A DNA stretch of 64,000 bases from Octopus vulgaris (lineage: Eukaryota), in assembly GCA_951406725.2 (NCBI GenBank), contig OX597837.1, positions 2,728,001 to 2,792,000 of the forward strand, in the 5' to 3' direction. Shown here piece after piece: positions 12,372-25,928 of this stretch. Below the pieces are notes generated by a model. The model did not search any database, had not been told where the DNA came from, and worked only from the letters and a program-made list of their open reading frames with translations. Every line of letters begins with the position of its first letter. The stretch's first letter is position 1. The position numbers and the translations under genes are program-made.

Positions 12372-14254
12372 ATGTATCTGTCTAAGCTCAGTTGTAAACA
12401 ATATTTCATTTTGCTATTTCAAGTAAACCATTAGGTTTTTAAAACTTCTTCAATTCTTGAGAATTACACATTTACCTTGTTTCAGTCATTGGTCTGCAGC
12501 CACACTGGAGCATCAACTGTAACACCCCCTGGCATTTAAAGCAACCTTAACCAAACCAAATATCCTACCTGTTTTATGTTCAAGCCAGACAGATCTGATC
12601 TCTCACACCTACCCTACATCTTCAAAACCCCAAAACTATAAAACGATGGGAATGAATAAGGATTAGATTTGACAGTAATCTGAATTTTAAAAGGGTCAAG
12701 GGTTTAGTCAAACAGATCAACCCCCAGTATTTATTTTTCGAAGTTTGTCAGTACTTTTGCTGAACTGCTAAGTTATGGGGATGTAAACAAACCAAATCCA
12801 GTCGTCAAACAGTGGTGATGACAGACACAGGCTTCAACACAGTTTCTGTCTACCAAATTCACTCACAAAGCATTGGTCAAACCCAATGCTATAACAGAAA
12901 GACACTTACCCAAGGTGCCACGTAGTGGGACTGAACCTGAAACCACATGGTTGCGATGCAAGCTTCTTAACCACATAGCCATGCCTGTGCCAAAGTTTCT
13001 TTCATAAAATTGTCAGAAGGCCAAACCCCAAACATAAACCCTTCAAAATCGTTGGGGTTTGTATGAGAACCATAAGGGGTCAGAGGCAGGTTGATAGTGA
13101 AAGGGACCTACTCATAATTTAAAAAGGAGGATGTAAATAATACCAGAAGGCATTGCGTCTGTCCCCATTACCCTAATATATGTACAGGGCCATGCATTCA
13201 AAGAAAGGGGTCAGCAGTGATTTTTAATAAGTGGCTAAAAGGTTTTGAAAAAAAGTTGGTTTGGGAGGAGTATGGTGGGATTTGAACACTGAACAGTGAC
13301 ACTAAAATACCACCAGGTATTTCTTCAGCCTGTTGACTTCACCTCAAAGAGTTCAGTTAAGAAACTCACTTTCTAACCCTGTGGGTTCAAGTTCTGTCCC
13401 ACTGCTCAGCACCTTGGGCAAGTTCTTACTGCAATGGCTTGTGGATTTAGTAAATAGAAACAGGATGGAAGCGTATGATATATATATATGTGTGTGCCAC
13501 CAGTTAACAATTGGTGTTCCTTTGTTTATGTCCCCTTAGTGGTTCAGCAAAAGAGACTGATAGAATAAGTTACCAGACTTTAAAAAATAAGTACTGAGGT
13601 CAATTGTTCAACTGAACCCCAGAATGGTTGCAGTCCAATGATCAAAACAAGTGACAGACACAAAACCTCATACTTCAGGGAAGGAAACAGTCGATTATAT
13701 AGACTCCAATGCTTCATTCAATACTTATTTTATCTGCCCCAGAAAGAAAAAAACTCAAAATTAACTCTCAAAGGGATTTGAACTCTTAAACCATAATAAT
13801 TTCTTAAGCACAAAGTTACAAATTTAGGGGAAGATGTTTCTCAAATTAGCTACGGTTGAACCTGGAGAGAGATGAGCTCTGCTGGGCCTACATAGACTGC
13901 ATGTCCAAAGCATGCTGTATATCACATTGGAATCTCTAGAGCCCCATGGTGTGGAGCAGGTGTACTTGTTCATCTTTCTAGGATCAATAAATTCAACCTC
14001 AGCATGAATCAAACACTGAATTTAAACTTCAGTAGATATCACATGGCATTCTTCTGCCATTTGATCACCATCCCAATAATCCCTTATGTAGCACCAAGCC
14101 TGAAATTGTAGTGATGGTGGGGGCTGGTCAGTCTGTACCATTGACCAGTCTGGGAACTGAACTGAAATTTTCTCATCAACCACAGAGGGAAGAAAGGCAA
14201 AACTAACTTGATGGGAAATATACCACAAAACATTTTGTTTGATACACTAACAGG

Positions 14255-15075
14255 AGGGATTTAGTCAGTTACATCGACCCCAATACATGACTGGTACTTT
14301 ATTTTATTGACCCTCAAAAAATGAAAGGCAAAACTGACCTCAGTAAAAAATTGAAATACAGGACATAAATAACCAGCAATTTGTCCAAAATGCTAACAAT
14401 TCTGCCATTTGACTACCTTTTGATAATTATTTCAAATGTTTGGCTGAAGGTTAGCAGTTTTGTGAGGTGCAAGTTAAGTCCCAGGACATGACTGGTACTT
14501 GTTTTATCAATCCCAAAAGGATAAAAGGCAGAGTCAGCCTTGGTGGGATTTGAACTCAAGAACATAAGGAGCCAAAAGAACTACCACTAGCATTTTATCC
14601 AATGCACCAACAATTTTGCTCACCACCTTAATAATAATAGGCACAAGGCCTGAGACATTGACCCCAGTGCTCAACTGGTTCTTAATTTGTTGACCCTGAA
14701 AGGATGAAAAGCAAGGTTGACCTTGGCAGAATTTGAACTCAGAACATGCAGACATGAAATGCCACCAAGCATTTTGTCCAGTGTGCTAACAATTCTGCCA
14801 TTAGACCACCTTTTGATGATAATTATTTTAAATTTTAGCTCAAGGCTAGAAGTTTTGAGAGAAGCAGGGCAAAGCAAAGCAGGATGAAATGTTGCTAAGC
14901 AGTTTGTGCAAGGCCAGCAATTTTAGGGGAATGGATGTGTTGACTGTGAAAGGATGAAAGGCAAATTGGAGCTCAGCAGAATTTGAACTCAGGACATAAA
15001 CATTAACAGCTGGAAGGAATACCACCAAGCATTTCTGTCTGATGCACTAACAATTCTACCAGCTCATCACCTTAA
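14255..15075 (-). mobile_element. Head-to-tail array of SINE family B copies
   Basis: About 4-5 decayed copies in one orientation. Similar arrays at about 17960-18775, 20205-20480, 21868-23150 and 25960-26840. Confidence 0.8.
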
Positions 15076-15120
15076 TAATAAAATAAAAATTAAAACTTAT
15101 AAATTTCTTTGATATTTTCT

Positions 15121-15126
15121 TTTATT
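15121..15126 (-). terminator. Candidate polyadenylation signal of transaldolase
   Basis: AATAAA on the - strand about 130 nt after the stop codon. Confidence 0.45.
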
Positions 15127-15256
15127 GCTTCAATATAGAGTTTGTTTGGTTTTTTGGGTTTTTTTTTCATTTTCGTTTTCTTTTGAAATTAAAGATCTTA
15201 AAAGACAAAAATATTTTGACAGTATCTTTTTGGATGATTGAATTCTTTGAATTGTA

Positions 15257-15414
15257 TTACATCTTATCCTGAAGAATCTTTTCCAATTTGATAGCGTCAG
15301 CAGAGAAGCGTCTGATGCCGTCAGCAAGTTTTTCTGTGGCCATTTCATCTTCGTTCATCATAAAGCGGAATGTTTTCTCATCCACCGTGACTTTTTCTAA
15401 ATCCATGTCTTGTG
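15257..15414 (-). CDS. TALDO1: Transaldolase exon 9 (last)
   Basis: ttcag|CACAAGAC...ATGTAA; (A)[51 protein letters not shown]; 158 nt. Confidence 0.95.
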
Positions 15415-15504
15415 CTGAAAATTTCAATTAAAACCAAATGTAAAGAAAAAAAAAAATCAACAAAACAGCAAAAAAATATTTCAAATGCTAACATCTTTCA
15501 CGCA

Positions 15505-15934
15505 TTGAGCCTCATGGAGGCAAAGTGGTGGCGCTTCTTTTGAATGCTGGGCCTCATGGAAGCAATGACCGAGACTTTTGGCATTATGTCATGCTTGAGA
15601 AGAAGACCCATCAAGCTGAGTAAAATCACAGTTGTGGCAGATATCAGTGTCACGCAAATGGCACCTGTGTTGGTGGCACATAAAAGCACCTTTCAAGCGT
15701 TGGGCCTCACAGAGGCAAGGACTGAGACCATTTGCCATTATGCCAGGCTTGAGAAGAAGACCCATCAAGCCAAGTAAAATCGCAGTTGTGGCAGATACTA
15801 GTGGCACGTAAAAGCACCTTTCAAGTGTTGGGCCTCATGGAGGCATGGACCGAGATCATTTGGCATTATGCCGGGCTTAACAGGGGCAACGGTCCATTAT
15901 GCTGGACTTTATGGTTAAAGTGAAATCTAGTATA

Positions 15935-15980
<46 letters not shown>

Positions 15981-16355
15981 TAAGTGGGAAGACCAGTCAA
16001 GCCAAGTAAAACTGCAGTTGTGGCAGATACTACTGTCACACAAATGGCACCCATACTTTCAAGTATTGGGCCTCACAGAGGCAAGGACTGATACCATTTG
16101 CCATTATGCCGGGCTTGAGAAGACCCACCAAGCTGAGTAAAATCGCAGGTATGGCAGATACCACTGTCACACAAATTGCACCTGTGCCAGTGGCATGTAA
16201 AAGCACTCCATTACACTCTCAGAGTGGTTGGCTTTAGGAAGGACATCCAGCTGTAGAAACCATGCCAAAACAGACTGGAGTCTGGCGCAGCCTTGCCAGC
16301 CCTGGTCAAACTGTCCAACCCATGACAGCAAGGACAACGGACTTTAAGTGACAAT
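15505..16355 (+). mobile_element. SINE family C (Meta-like domain) with a tandemly amplified internal unit
   Basis: About 4 repeats of gggcctca..gaggcaa..gaccgagac..ttggcattatg..gcttgagaagaagacccatcaagc..gtaaaatcgcagttgtggcagatac, then gtggttggc.ttaggaaggg/acatccagctgtagaaac. Other copies at about 4985-5240, 26190-26460, 31822-31990, 47570-47882, 48908-49153 and 53060-53487; the intact ones end in (GAT)n. Confidence 0.75.
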
Positions 16356-16949
16356 GAGTGTAGGTGTGAAAACAGCAGAGACATTGAGTATGTTACCCTT
16401 ATAGGACAAAAAATGTTGGGAGACAACTGTGGAACTTGAAACCTGCACCTCCCACATACCGGCTGGTCCTCTACCATTAAGCTAAACTGCCCACTGACAA
16501 CAATTTCTGTCCATTTAATGCTATAAACATAGATTCTTCTGGAATGCCACATCATAGGTAAACAAACTTCCCCACTTTTGCTTTCAAAATATTCCTTTCT
16601 TGTCTGTAGGATACAATACACATTTGATGCTTCCAAAAACAATAAAAGAAATTGGAAAAAGGTTTCTTTCCATATGTTGTTGCATCGACAAAATAATTCT
16701 ACTTTTACTGGTTTCAGTCATTAGACTGTGGCCATGCTGGGGCACCACCTCTAAGAATTTTAGTCGAATGAATCAACTCAAAGACTTTTTTTTTAAAGCC
16801 TAGCACTTATTCTATCAGTCACTTTTGCCAAACCACTAAGTTATGAGGACAGAAACACATAAACATTGGTTGTACAACATAACATACAAATTTCAAGAAG
16901 TTAAAATTCAGTTTCTAAGCTTTTCACTGTGAAACTTTAAACATATGTA

Positions 16950-17660
16950 AATACGTCTCGTTGGTCTCTTTATATACAGAAAATAAAGGAGATTGTCCTA
17001 CTTCATTTCATTTTAATTTCATGCATTGTTTTTGTCAACTACACAGTATAGTGGGGTCAGTTGGGCACTGTCTGCGAGAAAAACAGCACCATGATGCAAT
17101 TCATTCTACCAGAAGTTTGGAAACGACATGCTGTACTGCTTGCCATTGCGCCGGAAGCTCCAATACGAACATTTCAGAGTGTTTGGGTGTCAATCTGAGG
17201 ACATGTACTGAGAGTGATAAAAATCAAACATCATGGTGTTTGGTGTGATCACTAGTGATGGCAACATTAGGCTTCCATTCATCTTCCCATGGAGGAGGTA
17301 GTGTTGCCCTGGGTGAATAGGGTAGCTGCTGGAAGATCCTATGTCTGGCAACAGGAATCTGCACCATGCCACAGAAGCAGGAGATCCTGCGACATCACCC
17401 GTAACATCTGGCCACATAACTCCCCAAACAGCAACCCCCTTGATTATTAAGTGTAGGGTGCAGTTGAGCGAGAGACCAACAAAACTCCTTGTAACCCCAA
17501 AGATGAACTGAAGGCAAGGACTATGGTAGCATTCACTAACTTAAACAAGGAGACCATCCAGAAGAGTTACAAGAGATTTCAAAGTCATCTGGAGGTCGTG
17601 GTTGAAGCCGATGGCAATTTTATTGAATAAATTTACTCTTTAGTATTTCAAGCCTTTTGA
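16950..17660 (+). mobile_element. Decayed Tc1/mariner (maT/DD37D-like) transposon
   Basis: Fragments IMVFGVITSDG, YVWQQESAPCH and NIWPHNSPNSNPLDY*V*GAVERETN...VVEADGNFIE*. Confidence 0.75.
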
Positions 17661-17836
17661 GCAGATTTGGTGAACCCTAAATCCCAGTCCAGAAATTGAA
17701 ACCACAATCACAACACTTTACACACTGTATTTTATCGAACCCTGAAGGATGAAAGGCAAGGTTGATCCAAAAACAAATACTGCAAATCCACCAAAGGACT
17801 AATTACAATAATAACGATCAATAAATCAATAAATAC

Positions 17837-17904
17837 CTTTGTCCTCTGACAGCTGGGTTTGTAAGATGTGGTTCATTTTACTGAGTTCTTCCAATAATTT
17901 GGGG
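17837..17904 (-). CDS. TALDO1: Transaldolase exon 8
   Basis: aacag|CCCCAAA...AAAG|gtatt; (S)PKLLEELSKMNHILQTQLSEDK; 68 nt; phases fit both neighbours. Confidence 0.9.
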
Positions 17905-18773
17905 CTGTTTTGATAAAAATTTGAAAGACAAAGAATAAAGTATCAGTATTTATTAAAAATATTGGTTTCAAATTTTGGCACAAGGCCAGCAATATTAGGG
18001 GAGCAAGGAAGGTTGATTACATAGACTCCAGTGTGCAACTGGTACTTGTTTTATCAACTCCAAAAGGAGGAAAGACAAAGTCAAACTAAGGTGGAATTGG
18101 AACTCAGAACATGGACGTAATGCTGCCAAATGTTTTGCCCAGTGTGCCAACGATTCTCCCAGCACAAGGCGGGAGGGGGGTCAGTCTCATCAACCCCAGT
18201 ACTCAACTGGTAATTGATGGTATCAAGGGTGAAAGGCAAAGAGGTCCTCTGTAAAATTCATTCTCAAAATGTAAAGATGGATGAAATTCTGCCAAACATT
18301 TTGAATGGAATTCTAACCATTCTGTTAGCTCAATGCCTTACAAGGATAATAATGTTCTCTATTAAAGGTACAAGGCCTGAAATTTGTGAGAAGGGGATTA
18401 GGCAATTACATCGACCCCCAGTGTTTCACTGGTACTTATTTTATTGACCCCAAAAGGATGAATAGAAAAGTTGACCTCGGCAGGATTTGAACTCAGAATG
18501 TAGTGATGGGTGAAACACTTTTAATCATTTCGCCTGGGAGGCTTATGATTCAGCCAGCTCGATGATAATCCTTTCTGCTGGAAGCACAAGGCCTCAAATT
18601 TGGAGGAAGGTATTAAGTCAATTACATTGACCCCCCAGTGCATAACTGGTACTTATTTTATTGACCCTGAAAGGATGAAAGGCAAAGTCAACCTTGGCGG
18701 AATTTGAACTCAAAACATAACAGCAGACAAAATACCACGTCAGCGTGCTAACGATTCTGCCAGCTTGTCACCC

Positions 18774-18805
<32 letters not shown>

Positions 18806-18864
18806 GGGCTAAAACAGAATTAAGGCTAATATGACTGGGGTGAAAAAAAAAGAGCAAATCTTAC

Positions 18865-18994
18865 CTGATGGTTAGCAAGTCACAGCCAGACAAACCAGTT
18901 ATCTGACCTGTGTTACGAAACGATGCCCCCATCACTACTGTTTTATAATTAAATTTCTTGTAGAAGTTATAGATTTTTGTGACGCTTTTCACAC
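18865..18994 (-). CDS. TALDO1: Transaldolase exon 7
   Basis: ccag|GTGTG...ATCAG|gtaag; [44 protein letters not shown]; 130 nt. Confidence 0.95.
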
Positions 18995-20060
18995 CTGGAA
19001 AAGAAAAACAAAATCAGGAGACAAGAATTGGTCAATGCCAACAAGTGAGAGATCCATATAGAAGGGCAATCCAAAAACTTCCTTCCAAAGGGTTTCTGGT
19101 TTCTAGTCAGTCCGATATTAAAGATTTTATAATTTTTAATTTAAGAAAATATTTCTTCAGATACATTCATTTACAGAAATAAACGAACTTTGGGCTAATT
19201 AAAATGTGTGTGTGACAAATTTCAACTTTTAAAGGCAAATTCATGGCAGTTCCTCTTATTCTTTTACTCTTTCACTTGTTTCAGTCATTTGACTGCGACT
19301 ATGCTGGAGCACCACTTTAAAGGGTTCTTATTCGAAGAAATCGACCCCAGGACTGATTCTTTCTAAGCCCAGTACTTATTCTATCAATGTCTCTTTGCCA
19401 AACTGCTAAGTTACAGGTACATAAACACACCAATATCAGTTGTCAAGTGATGGTGGGAGACAAACACAGACTCAAAGACACAGGCACACAGACATAAATA
19501 TATATGATGGGCTTCTTTCAGTTTCCGTCTACCAAATCCACTCACAAAGCTTAGCTCGACCCAAGGCTATAGTAGAAGACACTTGCCCAAGGTGCCACAG
19601 TGGGACTGAACCCGGAACTATGTGGTTGGGAAGCAAGCTTCTTAGAGAAGAAAAAATTCTTCTCTTATGGTAAAAGATGTAAAAACGGTATATCTGCCCC
19701 ATGTTAGATACAGGGCCAGAAATATCTAACACAGGCCTGTCAGATTCCCAAAAGCAGTATTTCTGGCTATTTTGCTGTTATCAGTTGGAATAATTTTTTC
19801 TCCACAGCAATTGCAGTGAATTTGTGTTTAGAAGTTAAAAAGATGTCACAAACATATTTTAACGAACCTAAATTTGTTAATGCCTAATCATTGCTTGGTG
19901 CTGATACCGCTGCATATATCTGCAGTTACACAACTGCTCTGTAACAAAGGCCCTTATAAAAGCAATACAACGGGGTTAATTAGTTTGTGTCCAATCAAGA
20001 AATTAAATTGTTAATAAGCTAGTAGAAATTTTAAAAGGCAGAGACTAGACATCAACTTAC

Positions 20061-20175
20061 CAGGGTCTTCCAAAGGTTCAAAGGACTTTTTGTCTGTATT
20101 TTTGACAAACCAGTCCAAGATACGACCAACAAATGGAGAGATGAGAGTCACTCCAGCCTCAGCACATGCTACAGC
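20061..20175 (-). CDS. TALDO1: Transaldolase exon 6
   Basis: tgcag|GCTGTA...CCTG|gtaag; [38 protein letters not shown]; 115 nt. Confidence 0.96.
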
Positions 20176-21256
20176 CTGCAGAGAAGAAATAATAATAATA
20201 ATAATTCTTTCTATAACAAACACAAGGCCTGAGATTTTAGGGGTTGGGGTTAGTTGATTATATCAACCCCAAAAGGACGAAAGGCAAAGTAGACCTCAGT
20301 AGAATTTAAACTCACGGCATCAAGACAAATGAAATGCTGCCGAGCATTTTGCTCAGCACAGTAACAATTCTGCCAGTCACCACCTTGGTAATAATAATAA
20401 TTTCAAATTTTGGCGGGAGAAGATGAGTTGATTACATTGACCCCAGTGCTTAACTGGTACTTCATTTATCGACCCCCGAAGAATCAGTTGAAATTATTGA
20501 GATGGAATATAACCATTATTTGAATAACAGGAATGGCACATCTCATGAACTGCTGTTCCTGAATCTGGGTGGCAAAGTTAAATCCATTGTCCATTTTGAT
20601 GCTATCCTGGCTACTGAGGTGCCCCTTAGCTGAGTCCTCTCTGTTGCAAGCATTCTGAGAAGACCCTGCCATCTGAGGATAACTTTATCTCCTCCACTCT
20701 CCATCCACTGTCTCAGGAGCACTGATAAGGGGTCAAGGTAAGAGCTGGTGACAGAAAGGGCAGCTGGCTCTAAAACAATGCCTCAACATTACATCTAACC
20801 CATGCTGGCTTGGAAAAAAAACAGATGTAAAACAACTGAACAGACAAGCACTTAATAAATATGTAAAATTAAAATATCAAGTCATTAGAGATAAATTGTT
20901 AATTGCTGAGCTTAACTCTTTAGCATTTAAACAAGCCATAGCTGGGCCAATCATTCTCTCTGCTTTATGTTCAAAGCAGCCAGGTCCAGCCTGTCACACC
21001 TACCCTACAATGTCATTCTAAAAATGAAACAATCAAATCTTTGAAACCTTGAACCTACGAGATAACACACAAATAATTCAAAAGAAGGAGATTAAATAAA
21101 TGTTATGTTTGACACTGGAAAGTGGAGTCTAGCAACTCAACACTCAACCTTCGCACTCACTTGTGAGTGGAGATTTAACATTACCTTCCCTCAAGAGAGG
21201 GAGAAAGAGAAAAGATATCACTTTGAAGATGGAATAAAACTGGTTTAAGAACTCAC

Positions 21257-21317
21257 CTGATGAAAGTTAAACAACAATGTCATGTTACAATGAATGCCAT
21301 GTTTTGATTCCAATTCT
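21257..21317 (-). CDS. TALDO1: Transaldolase exon 5
   Basis: tgcag|AGAATTG...CATCAG|gtgag; ELESKHGIHCNMTLLFNFHQ; 61 nt. Confidence 0.95.
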
Positions 21318-21344
21318 CTGCAAAAAGAATAATAATAATAATAA

Positions 21345-21870
21345 TAGTAATATATAACATATAGAAAATAGTACCACTAGGCACTGCACACCTACGTGAA
21401 ACACTTTCAATACAGTAAAAATAAGAGCATCAGAACAAACCACAGTATATACCCAGAGCTGTGCTTGGTAGTGTAGTGAAAGCATGCGATAAAAATAAGG
21501 CTACTGAATAATAATATCAATAATGATCAAATGACAATGTTTCTCTAAAATAAACAGAGAAACTTTCAAAATACAAAGACCTGGAAATAGAGGTAATTCG
21601 AAAGTGAAGTCTAAAAACAAACAATTCCTATCATAGTAGGTGCATTAGGCATGATAAAAGAATATTCAGACAAATACATAAAAACACCTGGACTAACAAA
21701 TATATATAACATAGAGAAAATAGCACTACGAGGCACACATCCTACTTAAAACACTTTCAGTACAGTAAAAATAAGAGCACCACAACAAACCACAGCACAT
21801 ACCCAAGGTACACAGAACTGCCGTGAAAGCACGTGATAAAAATGAGACTAATGGATAATGATAATAATAA
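21345..21870 (+). mobile_element. Two tandem R4/Dong LINE 3' ends in an (AAT)n tract
   Basis: TIPIIVGALGMIK...PGLTNIYNIEKIAL.GT; the 3' segment occurs twice (about 21350-21510 and 21700-21870); (TAA)n tails. Confidence 0.75.
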
Positions 21871-24399
21871 TCTTTTCTGCTGTAGACACAAGGCCTGAAA
21901 TTTCGAGGGAAGGGGTAAGTTGATTACATCGACCCTATTACACACCTGGTACTTATTTTAACGACCCTAAAAGGATAAAAAATCTCAACCTCAGCAGAAT
22001 TTGAACTCAGAACATAAAGATAGAGGAAATGCTAAGCATTTTGCCAGCTCACTGCCTTAGGTCTCAAATTTTGGCACAAGGCCAGCAATTTCAGGAAAAA
22101 GGGTTAGTCGATTACAATGTCCCCAGTACACAACTGGTAACTATTTTATCAACCCCGAAAGGATGAAAGGCAAAGATGACCATGGCAGAATTTGAACTCA
22201 GAATGTAGAGACAGACGAAATGCTGTTAAACATTTGACCCAGCATACCAACAATTATGTCAGCTCACCACCTTACAACAACAACATCAACAATAATCCTT
22301 TCTACTAAAAGAAGAAGGCCTGAAATTTGTGGGGAGGGAACTAGTTGATTACATCAAATGCAGTATACAACTGGTACTTATTTTATTGACCCCAAAAGGA
22401 TGAAAGGCAAAGTCAACCTTGGCAGAATTTGAACTCAGAATGTAGCGACACACAAAATACCATGAAGCATTTCACCCAGCATACTAACAATTCTGCCAGC
22501 TTGCTACCTTTACAACAATAATACTGGAAGCAAGGCCTTAAATTTGGGGGAAGGGATTAAGTGGATTAGATTGACCCCAGTGTGTAACTGGTACTAGTTT
22601 TATCAACCCCGAAAGGATGAAAGGCAAAGTGGATCTCGGCAGAATTTGAACTCAGAACATAACGGCAGACAAAACACTGCTAAGCATTTCGCCCACCGTA
22701 CTTAACGATTCTGTCAGCTTGTCACCTTTACAATAGTAATAATAATTCTTTTGAAGTTTATGCACAAAAACTGAAATTTAAGAGGAAGGTCAAATCAATT
22801 ACATTGACCCTCTGTACTTGAACTTATTATCGACCCCCAAATGGATGTATAAACAGGGAGCTGGAAGAATTGCTAAGCATTTTATCTGAAATGCTAATGA
22901 TTCTGTCAAGGCCAACAATTTTAAGGAGAGGAGGGTTACACAGATCCCTTACATGTTCAATTGGTACCTTTTTCCCTTTTATTTCGTCAACCCTTATAGG
23001 CTACTAATGCAGCCTAGTCTGTGATATTGATACAAAGCCATCAATTTCTAAGAATTCATTATGTCAACACCAGTGTATAACTGGTTAGTATTTTAATGAC
23101 TCAGGTGGGTGGGGGGCAAAAATCAATCAGTAATATTTGAACTCAGAATTTTTTTTTCTTTTGTTAGGAAAGGGAGAATCCAAGACCCTTTCCAGTGTCT
23201 CCAAGGTTGATGGGTAAGGAGGGGGAGAAAAAGTATCCTCAAATCAAGGACCTGGTCTGCTAAGAGTACAAGGTGCCACATGATGTTGTTGAACTAGGCC
23301 AAGGGTTAATCTGTCACCAAATAGGCCATGGTGGGATTGGAATTCAGAACACAAATACTACAAGGCACCCAGTCATAGAAACTGTACCAAAGTTGACATT
23401 GGAGACTTTGAATCCTAAGGGAGTTGGGGTACTTCATGCTCGGGTTTAAGGGGATCCGAGTGGACCCTCTGCGGGGAGTTGGTTCTTGTAGAGAGAGCCA
23501 CATAGCTACTCAAATCAAGTCGGCAGGGTAAAGGGGAGGAGAGAAAGTGGAAAAGATCAGTAGGAATCACAAGAGATAGACAGTGGCAATGAAGTACCCA
23601 GGTGACCCCACAAGGCACAAGCTGAGTAGAAGTGGGGCGGGGAGTGAATGTGGACAGTTTGCAGGACTGTGTGGGAAGGAAAATAAGGGGATGGAGAGAC
23701 AGACTGCCATAATACTTATGTCTGTTTGTGTGTATTTTTTCTAGACACCATATGACAGTTGTAAACGAGCATCACCATCATATAAGTAGTGCTGTCCATA
23801 TCCAGTCTTCCATGAAAAACATGTCTGGCCGCGGGGGGGGGGGGATATTACCTTACTTGGAAATAGGTAAAAGTTGGTGACTGGAAGGACGTTTGACCAT
23901 AAGGAGAAAAAAAAAATCTACCTCAACAGATACTGTCTGACTCATAGAAGCATGGAAAAGCCAAAATCCAAAACAATGATGAGGCTTCAGGGTCAATAAA
24001 ATGCCAACATCAGCGGTCAGACTAAGAGAAAAATGGGTTCTGCTAGATTTTAAAATGCTCAACACAGACAGAGTATGTCACAACGATCCTTCATCAGAGA
24101 TTGAGGGTCCAAGGAAGGCCAGATAATGGTTAAGGAGTTAGCAACAGGCAGGACAGTGTCCAGCTGTAAAACTTTTGGTTCCAACGTATAAACCATTCTA
24201 CGCATAGTCGAGTGGTGGTAAAATAATAAACCAAAATATTTTATTACTCAATTTTAACCACCATCATCATAAAATCTGTCAATACTTTTACCCCACCTGG
24301 TAGGACTCTAAACTCCAACCCCGCAACTACAAATTCTCTCCTGACAAACAGCCCTGCCCTCCATACATGAAAGGAATATTAGAAGAGTCATTGACTTAC

Positions 24400-24531
24400 T
24401 TGGCAGCCTGTATTCCTTCCCAAGTGGAGCTCAGCTTTATTAAGATTCTCTCCTTGTCGATCCCTAATTCTTTGTACATCGTAATGATGTTCTTTGCTCT
24501 TTGAATCATACCTTCTTTGTCAAAAGACAAC
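24400..24531 (-). CDS. TALDO1: Transaldolase exon 4 (Schiff-base lysine)
   Basis: ttcag|GTTGTC...GCCAA|gtaag; [44 protein letters not shown] with the active-site motif [12 protein letters not shown]; 132 nt. Confidence 0.96.
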
Positions 24532-25820
24532 CTGAAAATTAAAAAGAAATTCATAAAAATACAATCAAAATTATATAAGAATACTTTGAAACAAAGCTGA
24601 GATGATGCCTTGGTTAATTTAAACGTGAGTAAGCTTTAACTCTTTTGGTACCAACCTGCTTGAGACCATTCCTGGTTCTGTGGTACAAACTTCCTGTTTT
24701 AAATTCATCTGCATTAACCCTTCAGCACTTAAACTGACCATATCTGGCCAATGTATTCTACTTGATTAATGTCCAAGCTGGCCAGATCTGGCCTATCACA
24801 CTAACCTTACATTATCATTCTAAAGATTAATAGTCTTCTCATCGAAATCTCAAAACCACAAAATAACGAATGATTAATTGAAACCAATTCCAATAAATAG
24901 GCATCGCTTTTAACAGAACAATGTGAATGCTGAAGACTTAAAGCCTTTCCATCAAATTTATGTTCCCCAAACAGAACTTTTAATATCAAAGTTATCAGAC
25001 TAAATTCTTCATTATTTTCAAAATGAATTAAAACGAAGGCAGAGTATTTCAGCAGAAACATGGTAACAAAAGGGTTAAAGTGATCTTAATGAAAAGCTTC
25101 CATCAAAATTTTATGTTATTTCCAAACACCAGATTAATAATGACAAAGTTACTTTACCAAAATATGAGAGTTTCTCTCGTGGTAACTACTGCAGCATAGT
25201 TTTATTCTAATAGGACATTGATGTTTAAGTGGGGATAAAAGTTATCTCTCGGTATTAAAACTGCCTCTGTTGCTAATATATATTAAACAAGCTCACTGGT
25301 TAGTCGTGACACCAATGCCTGTTCTGGCAGTTTTTCTATATATCACTGGCAGGGAGATGTTCTAGCATCCAGCATTGATGAGACCAAGAAAGGTCAAGAT
25401 CACATGATCTGGTGGTCTCAGCACTGAAGATGGCAAGAATTTGACTCCTTGCTAGCAATATGAACAAGCATGCATTTGATCCCAAAAGCCTATACAAGAG
25501 TTTCTCTCATGATATTTACTACAGTATAGCTTGTTCTAACAGTGGAGATAAATCATTAGAATCTAAGCGCATCAACATGTAGGATGCCATACACACACAT
25601 ACCTGCAGTATATTATACACACACATACCTGCAGTATATTATACACACGTGTGTGTGGACAAAAGAGAAATCTTGTCAGATTTGACAGGATATTAAAGAA
25701 ATATGGTGGGGGGGGAATGTTATTTGCACCTGGCTAGAAAAGAATAGCACAGGTGTATGAAGGGTGGCAGAATATGTGGAAGGAAGAGGTTAGGGTGAGA
25801 GCAGAGATGAAGCAACTTAC

Positions 25821-25928
25821 CTGGCATCAACTTCTGTGGAGACACGGCCTGGAATGATCTTCAGTATTTCACAACCAAAAAGCACATTGAGTCTATCCAA
25901 GGCACTGATCAACTGTTCTTCATCGGAA
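25821..25928 (-). CDS. TALDO1: Transaldolase exon 3
   Basis: tgtag|TTCCGAT...GCCAG|gtaag; [36 protein letters not shown]; 108 nt. Confidence 0.96.
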